Virus record (IMG/VR): IMGVR_UViG_3300043178_000021 | Coordinates: 1-57,878 of that record | DNA: 57,878 bases | Reading direction: 5' to 3' (one strand) | DNA from: a virus | Lineage: Duplodnaviria; Caudoviricetes | Shown: piece by piece, positions 9,310 through 18,300 of the stretch | Layout: every line of letters starts with the position of its first letter | Numbering within the stretch: the stretch's first letter is position 1 | Made by a program: the position numbers and the translations under genes | The notes under the pieces: generated by a model | Databases searched by the model: none | Told to the model about the DNA's origin: nothing | Seen by the model: the letters and a program-made list of their open reading frames with translations, nothing else

Positions 9310-12300
9310 TGGCCGGGCTTTCTGCGTGTCTTAAAAAAATCGGTCTTGAAAAACACGAGGCGGCGATCCTCAAGGGGCTTGCCAGAGACAAGCTCGACGA
9401 GGGCCTCGAGGGGCATGCTGCAGCCGAGCAGGCCGTGCGCGAATACATCGAGACGCTGCTGACCGAGCGCGCCGACATCGCGCGCCAAGTGTTGCGCGCC
9501 GGCGGGGTCATGCCGGAGGAGCCGAGCGTTCCAGACCTTGGAACGGTGGATGCGTCCGCGCACGATGCCGCGTCTTCGCCCCGCAACCAAGAGCCCGAGC
9601 CCACCCCGGAACAAAAAAAGGCGGGGAACTACAAGAAGGGGCATGTGCGGGTGGCCGGGCTCGACGTGGCGATCGAGACCCCCGCCGGATCGTGGCGCTG
9701 GAGTTACGATCTGGAGCGCATCGCTCAGGTAGCCAAGTTGCTCGAAAGCAAGGATCTGACGGTCAACGAGAACACTGCGCGCAACGAGATCACCATCGCG
9801 CTCGAGAAATTCCGTCTCGGCGAGCCGATGGACGGCGCGCACTCCCTAGCCGCGGCCGAGCGCGGTCTGCGCCGAAACTTCCCGGCGCTGGCCGAAGTGA
9901 TCGAGAACATTCTGGACCGTGGCTGGCGCATCAAAATGGCCTCCCACTACGGCTACGTCAAGCGCACCGTTGGAAAGGACGGCGACCAGGTCGATGTCTT
10001 CGTCCGCGTGGGTACGCCGCTCGACTATGACGGGCCGGTGTTCGTGGTCGATCAGCAGAAGGGCAACGGGCATCTCGACGAGCACAAGATCATGCTCGGC
10101 TGGACGGATGTCGATGCCGCCAGGAAAGCCTACCTGGACAACTACGAGAGGGGCTGGGGCGGACTCAAGAACATCACGGAGTGGACGCTGCCGCAGCTCA
10201 AGCAGTGGCTGGCCGGCGGGGATCTGGAGCGCCCGGCGATCGAGGCAGCGGCGCCCCTCACCCCGGCCGAGGAGATCGCCAGCCGGTTCCTCATGGGCAA
10301 GGGTTTCGAGTCAATCGGTGAGGCGCGGGAGGTGGTCGGCAAACTCATCGGGAAGGACATCAAGCCGGGGACTCCGGAAGCGAAACTCGCCGATGAGATC
10401 ATCGAGCTGGGGGCGGTCCTGGCGGCGCGAGACATTGTGCGCGCGCCTGTGTCAGCGAGACAGGCATACGGCCACCTGGTCCATCTGTACGAGGAGTTGA
10501 TGCCGGCGCTCTACGTGCGCACTTCTGGCTCGATCGAACGGCAGGCGTACTCTACTCCGCTGCCATTGGCGTTTGTCGCTTCTGAGTTGGCCGAGATCGA
10601 CGCATTCAAGTCGGTCTACGAGCCAACCGCCGGCAACGGCGCGCTGCTGATCGCCGCGAACCCGGACAGCAAGGGCACCGAGGTCAACGAGATCGACCCG
10701 CAGCGCGCAGCGGCGCTCGCGGCGCAGGGCTTCAAGCCACAGAGCTACGACGCAACCGAGCGCGGCGCAGCATGGCCCGGGAAGGACGTGGTGATCGCCA
10801 ACCCGCCGTTTGGCGTCACACGCGATAAGAAGGGCAAGACGCGCAGCTTCGACATGGGCGGCGGGTACGTGACCAACGAGGTCGATCACGTCATTGCGCT
10901 CAAGTCTCTGGGCTCGATGAAGGATGACGGCAGGGCGGTGCTCATCATCGGCAGCGTGAATATGCTGGCGAAGACACCGGAGGCGCGTTCGGACGCCTAC
11001 CACGCCAAGGCGAAACGCGAGTTCTTCTTTACACTCTACAACAAGTACCGGGTGGTGGACCACTTCACCGTGTCGGGCGATCTGTACGCCAAGCAGGGCG
11101 CTGCGTGGCCGGTAGACGTGATCGTCATCCGCGGCAAGGGCAAGTCAACCTTGCCGCTTCCGGCGGTCAGTCCGCCGAGGCAATATACTTCCTGGGAGCA
11201 GCTTGCGGAGATCTTCGATGCCGACTACCAAAATCGCCTGGGCACCGCCGCCCAGGGAGACGTACCTGAACCCGGTGGAGAATCTACAGGGACGACTGGG
11301 GGCGGTGCGCCTGGAGGCGGGGGAGCCGCTGGACCAAGACAGCTACTTTCTGGCGCTGGCGGAGCGACTCAGCCGGGGGATGGAGGAGCTGGAGCCCGAG
11401 GAGGTCGAGGAGATGCAGGAGTATCTCACCGCGGAGGGACTGCTTCCGGCGCGCCTGGTGCTCGAGGAGGGGGACGACCGCGCACTGGTGTGGATGCAGA
11501 GCCCGGAGCTGCGCCGCCGCCTGCTGATGCTGGGGGTGCCGGGGCCGGACTTGCCGGAGCGGGCGCCCCTCAAGAGCAGCCCGAGGGCGGAGGCGCTGCT
11601 GGCGGAGTTGACGCCGCTTCAGTGGGTGGGCCTGCTGCTCTACCACCCTCCGGACGACCAGTAAGCGCGGAGGCCGACGCCCAAGCCGCCCAAGACCTGC
11701 AGGACGCCCTGGGCGAGCTAGCGGACATTTTCGGGAAGAAAGGCCGCCTCAACATCACGCCGGAGCAGGAGCAGCGGCTGCTGCCGGTACTGACGAAGCT
11801 CTTTGACGCAGCGTTTCGCCGCGGTTACCACAAGTTTAGGGAGGCGGCGCGCTACGTCCTGAATGCCGTGCGGCAGGCATTGGGGGCCGTCGCTGATCTG
11901 ATCTCCCTGGAGCACCTGCAGGGAGCCTACATTGCCATGTCTGCCCGCTACCGCTCCCAGGGGGCGGAGGCCGCGAAGGATGTGATCGCTGTGCAGGCGC
12001 TCGCCGAGATCGAGCCGCCTCCAACGCCGCCCGAGAAGAGCTTGAGGGACCGCCAGGCCGAATCCGAAACCGAGCATCAAGTCATGTATGAGCCGGCCAG
12101 CACCGCGGCTGGCCTTGGCACGCTCATCCCGGCCAACCTCAAGACGGTCACCAAAGACGCGCTGCGGGCGCTCGTGCGCGCCGTGGGCGACATCGACGAG
12201 TTCGTTATGTCCAAGCTCGGATGGACGCGCGAGCAGTTGACGGCGCGCCTCGGGGCCGAGCAGGTGGATGCGCTGGCGCTGGCGCTTTACAACTTCGACA

Positions 12301-15300
12301 AGGGCTCCGGTGTCATCATTGGCGACCAGACAGGCATCGGCAAGGGGCGCGTGGTAGCGAGCATTATCGCCTACGCGCTCAAGGAAAAGCTCGTCCCGAT
12401 CTTCGTTACGGAGAAGCCGAATCTCTATGCGGATATCTACCGCGACCTGAAGGCAGTCGGCTTGGGCAAAGTGCGCATGTTGATGACCAACGCAGGTCAG
12501 GACGTGCCGATGGATGATGGAGCCTGGGCGCTGCGCGCGCCGCCACTGGCGAAGCACAACGCCACGATGGACGCGCTCATGCGCGCCGGGAAGCTATCCG
12601 GCTACGACGTGATCCTCACGACGTACAACCAGATGCAGACCATCAAGGGCGGCGAGCGCACCCTGCGCATGAACTTCCTCGAGCAGTTCGCCAAGGGCGG
12701 CGTGGTGATCTTCGACGAGTCGCACAACGCCGGCGGAACCGACGCCCCCAAGAGGGGCGAAGAAACGTCCGGCAAAACTGGAAGGGCAGGATTTGCGCGG
12801 TCGATCGCAGCGGTCGCGCGCGGGGTCATATATTCCTCGGCCACTTACGCCAAGCACCCGAGCGTGATGGATCTGTACTTCAGAACCGACATGCGCCTGG
12901 CGGTGGAGAAGATCGAGGATCTGCCTGGAGCGATTGCGGCCGGCGGCGTGCCGTTGCAGCAAGTGGTGGCGACCATGCTCGGCGCGGCCGGGCAATACAT
13001 CCGCCGCGAACGATCGTTCTCTGGCGTGCGTTACGATGTCGTGGAAATCGCGGTAGACAAGGAGGTCGCGCAGCGCGCGGCGCTACTACTGCGCGAGATC
13101 AACGACTTCGAGCGCAAATTTATCCGGCCGGCAATTAGAAACATCAAAGCCGATGCCAAGGCGGCGGCCGGATCGGCGCAAACCGTAGGGCCGCAGATTA
13201 CCAGCACGTCGTTTGGCCAGATCATGCACAACCTGATTGACCAGACGCTGCTGCAAATGAAGGTGGTAGCGGCCACACAGAAAGCCTTGGAAGCGCTGAA
13301 AGCGGACCAGAAGGTAGTGCTCACGGTTGCCAACACGATGGGATCGTTCATCGAGGAACACATCGCGCAGACGAATATCCACGCTGGCGACGCGATCCGC
13401 ATGGGCGTTGCAGACCTGTTCGCGCGATACCTGCAAAAGACGCGCCGGTATGTCTACAAAGCGCCGTTCCAGAAGGGTCAGGGGGTGACGCTCTACACCT
13501 CCGACGAGCAGCTTGGGCAGCTGGGCGTGCGCGCCTTCGAGCGCGTGCTGAAGATGATCCGAGACAGCGAAGAGCTGTTCTCCGACATCCCACTTTCTCC
13601 CATCGACTACATGCGTGCGGAGCTGCGCAGGGCCGGGTACAAAGTCGAGGAGATCACGGGGCGCGCGACGTACCTGGAGTATCACGCAGACGGGACTGTA
13701 ACCTACGAGATCCGGCCGCCGAAGGAAACCAGCATTGCCGGGCGCGTGGATGCGGTTCGGCGATTCAACAGCGGCGAGGCGAGCGTCATCATCCTCAACC
13801 AGGCTGGCGCTACCGGCCTGTCCTTGCACGCGAGCGAAACCTTCGCGGACAAGCGACAGCGCCACATGATGATCGTGCAGGCCGAGAAGAACATCGACAC
13901 CCACATGCAGATGCTCGGGCGCATCCATCGCACCGGGCAGGTGGTGGTCCCACAGTACAGTCAGCTTGCGGCCGACATCCCGGCCGAGCAGCGTCCTGCC
14001 GCCGTTCTTGCGAAGAAGATGGCGAGCCTGAACGCGAATACTACGGCGAGCCGGCGCTCCGCCGTCACTGCAGAGGCCGTCGATTTCATGAACGCATACG
14101 GCGACGAGGCCGCCGCGCGCGTCATGTGGGACAACCAGGATGCCCATGACTTGATCGGCAGCCCACTGAAAATCAATGACGATGGAGATGGGTTCGTTAC
14201 CGAGGACGCGATCACGAAAGTGACTGGGCATATTCCTCTCCTGGACCTTGACCAACAGCGCGCGATCTACGATCTCATTGTCCAGGCATACCGGGATAGG
14301 GTGGAGCTGGCCGACGCGATGGGCGAGAACGTACTGGAAGCAAAAACGCTGCCGCTGGATGCCAGGACCATCAACAAGACGATGATTTTCGAGGGGCGCG
14401 GAGGGGATAGTCCGTTTTCACAACCGGCCTACGCCGAGCGCATGGACGTCAAGAAGATCGGCAAGCCCTACATGCCGGAGCAGGTGACGCAAATGGTGCG
14501 CGTCGCGCTGGGTGTGCCGGCGAGTGACCAGAGTATCTTTGAGTTGGCGGACTTGGCCGAGCAAAATGCTCAAAAGATGCTTAGAGAAACGCGCGAGCGA
14601 CTCACGAAATTCATGGAGGAGAAGATCCTTCAGGCAACGACGGCGCCTGGGGAGGCCGGTATGCCCGTTCCGGTGAAGCTGACTCCAGACGACGAGAACG
14701 CAATTACGGGCTTCCGATTGCTTCAGGAGCGCAACGCTAGATTGGTCCAGGAGTTGCTGACCAACTACCGCATTGGCACCCACGTCGAGTTGCATGGCCT
14801 ATGGGGAAGCATCCCAGGGATCGTCATCGACATCGAGCACAACACGCGCACGCACAATCCTGTGGCTCTTGGGGCGTGGAAACTCAAGGTTGCGGTGCCC
14901 GATGCAATCCGACAACTGAAGATCGGCCTGAACGATTTGGCGATGGGCGCTTCGGATGCCCCGCAAAGGGGGGTTGGCATCCAGCCCTATGCTGGCGACG
15001 ACCCGGTGCTGCCCATGTTCACCGCCGCGCAATCGGTCACGCGCGAAGAACGCACCGTGATGACCGGGAACCTGCTGGCGGCGTTCGGCAAGTTCCAGGG
15101 TGGACAGGTGGCGATGTTCACCGACAACACCGGAGCCATTCGGCAGGGCGTGGTGATGCCGGCGCGCTTCAATATCGGCGAGGCCATCAGCAAGCAGCCC
15201 GTGGAGTTCACAACGCCGGAGCAGGTCATAACCTTCATTGGCCGCTCCGCCACCAAGGTGTTCGCATCCAACGGCTTGATCGGGATCGAGCCCTACCGCA

Positions 15301-18300
15301 GCGGATACCGCATTATGGTTGCCCCGAGGAAGGGGGACGGCGGTCGGTACTACCTAGATCAGGAAATGCGCGCCGCCACCGGAGACTTCACAAAGGTCGG
15401 GCAGTGGATGCGCGCGCAGGTAAATGAGCGAGAAGCCGCGCTTGCGCTGCGCAGGGCAATGGAGCTGGGTGCGCAGTTCCAGGCGACCTCCAACAAGGAC
15501 GTTGCCCTGGATGTGACAGGTCAGAAGCGCGTGGAGCAGGTGCGCGCGCTCTATGGCGAGCAGTTTCTGGTAGAGGCAACGCGCGGGCATTATAGAAAGG
15601 GGGCAAGGCCAGATGCGACACCAGCCATCGAAGACAGTGCCGTTCAAGGGGTGCTCGATCTATATCGCGCCGGGGAAACTGCGCCTGTGCCAGTGGGTGA
15701 TCGTGGATGGCAGCCCAAAGTACGCTACCTCGCCCAAGGCATCGCGGAGCGCATCGCGGTCGCCGGCGCGGAGGAGATCCGCGGGCAGGTGATTCGTAAC
15801 GCGCACGACCTGGCGGCCATCATGCAGCTCTACCGCGATCCGCGGTTCGAGACGATGCGCTGGGTGTTCACGCGCGAAGGAAAGGCGGTCGGGCATGTTG
15901 GCGTGAGTGCGCGCCTGCCGAGCGTCGCGCCCGGCTTCCCGATGGGGGTCGAGCCCTTACAGTGGCTAAAGGAGCAGGTCGAGGCGACGGGGGCCGATGC
16001 CGTGTGGTCGGTACACAATCATCCAAGCGGCAATCCAGAGCCTAGCCCCGCCGATCAGGGCCTGCAGCGCCACATCGCACGCATGCTTGCACAGGTGAGC
16101 CAGGAGCTAGGGCGCGAAGTCAAGGCGATGCCGCACGTCGTCATCGACACCAACAGCTATGCGGTGATCGAGAACACCGGCCAGTGGATCATCCACAGGC
16201 GCAAGTTCGGGGACGAACATCTCCTGGTTGCCTCCATCGACCACGAGATACTCGGCACCCAGGTGCGGCAGCCGGAGGATGTCGCCAGGGTCGGCCGGCG
16301 CTTCAAGCGCCAGGGCTGGGTCACGCTGATTGCGGCGACGGTTCCGCCGTATCCCGCAACGACCCGCGTTACGCAGGTGCGCGCAGTGGCGGAGGTGCCG
16401 GAGGCGGTGCTGTTGAGCGCGCGTGGCGGGGCCGCGATTCGCCGCTTCGCCAGACAGACCGGCGCGATGCATGTCTTCGCCGCAGGCTTTTCCGCAGAAA
16501 ACTTCGACTATTTCACGCAGCTCACCGCGGACGGCTTTCTGTTGGACGCCGTGGATGAGCAGGGAATCCCGACGCTGTCCAGGCTGATGGCCCCCAGCGA
16601 CAAGTTCTTCGGGGCAGATGTTCCGCACGCGCGCGCCGTCGCGCAGGCGAAGAAGTTGCGCGCGTTCGGCATCCCGGCCGATGCGGCGTTCATTTACGGC
16701 GACACCAGCACCACCGGCCTGAAGATGCACCCGGACTATGCGGATGCGAAGGAAGGGGACTTCATGGCCGCCGCTAGGTTGGCGGAGGACATGGTCACGA
16801 GCGACATCATCGAGCGCGTGGAGGGACTGGGGCCCGTCATCTTTGCGCCCGTCTCCGCTTCCGAGCGCAGGGCCACCAACAGGATCCCGGGCGCGATGGC
16901 GGCCTATCTGGCGAAGCGCACCGGGAACAAGCACGCGGTCGGGCGCATCGCACAAAGCTCGCGCGCGTCGCACACCGGCGCGACGCTGATGGATCGCATG
17001 CTCTCGCCGGCAACCTTCTCGGGCAAGGTCGAGGAGGGCGGGCGCTACGTGCTAGTGGACGACGTTGTAACGTCCGGGGCGACGCTCGCGAACTTGGCCG
17101 ATTTCATTCAGGCGAACGGCGCCCAGGTAGTGGGCATCGTCACCTTGTCCAACATGACGCGCGGCAGTAGAATTGCCGCTGACCCCGCGCAACTCGGGGA
17201 CGTGGAGGCGAAGCATGGGAGCACAATCCAAGAGCTTTTTGCGATCGACCACTCCGCCCTCACGGCAGTCGAGGCCGACTACCTCCTCCGATTCCGATCT
17301 GCTGACACCCTCCGAGCTCGAGCGGCTGAAGCGCGGCGAACAAGAGGCGGCCATCTACTACGAGAGCCGCTGGGCGAATACGGGGCCGACGAAGCCGGCC
17401 CAATCGTAGAGTCCGAGCGGCTGACCGAGCCGCTGTTCGCGCACATCTACACGCCGGAGGAGCGCGCCGCCGCGACGGCGATCCTCGGCAAGCGCGTGCG
17501 CGAGTCTATCAGCAACCGGCTGTTCCGTGTCCCGGTGCAGGCCCTTGGTATCGACCGCCGGCTGCGCGCCGGCATCGACCTGGTACTCGAAAAGACGTGG
17601 GGATTGCTGCCAGAAAAGGCGCAGGAGCGGCTGGCCGCCGGGTTGGTATCCGACTACTGGCTCGATGAGGGCGTGGTGGATCGCCGCGCTCTGATGTATT
17701 CGGCCATCCGCCGCGGCTATCGCGGCATCGAGGAGGCCCTGCTGTCCCTGGGCAACCTCACCAGGGCAGAGTCCCGAGTAGCCTACGAGTGGATGAACGC
17801 CGACCACCCGCAGGCGGCGGACTACTTCATGCAGCAGCTCTCCGACGAGAGCATCGCGGCGCTCACCAGGGTGATGCAGGCGATCGACCGCTTGAGCGGA
17901 GAGGCGGTGCGCCTGGGCCAGCTTGGCGCGGATACCTACGAGCGGAATCGGTTCGCCTACCTGCGCCGGTCCTACGAGAGCTACGTCCTGGAGGCCACCC
18001 CGCAACAGAAGGCCATGATGGCGCGCGCCAAGCAGATCCTCGGGGATCAGTACAAGGGTCGCGGCATTTCCTACAAGGTGGACGCCTCCGACCTGTCGGC
18101 CACAGACCCTACCTGGTGGGGCAGGAAGGCGCAGGCGGGCCGCGCCGACTTGGGTCTGATGGGCGAGAAGTTCCTGCGCCTGGAGCGGCGTGCGGCCGCT
18201 CCTGGGGCCGGAGCGGGAATCCTTGAGGGGATGGAGGGCGGCGAGGAACGACCGGGGAGGCTTCTCGAGGTCAAATACTGGCCGGCTGAGGTGCCGGTGC

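Noticed and set aside
9690-9925. Intein in the giant protein
   Set aside because: No N-terminal Cys/Ser block, no His-Asn terminus and no homing-endonuclease motifs
2916-15792. Three nested ORFs are each exactly 180 nt
   Set aside because: No sequence similarity among them and no mechanism; treated as coincidence
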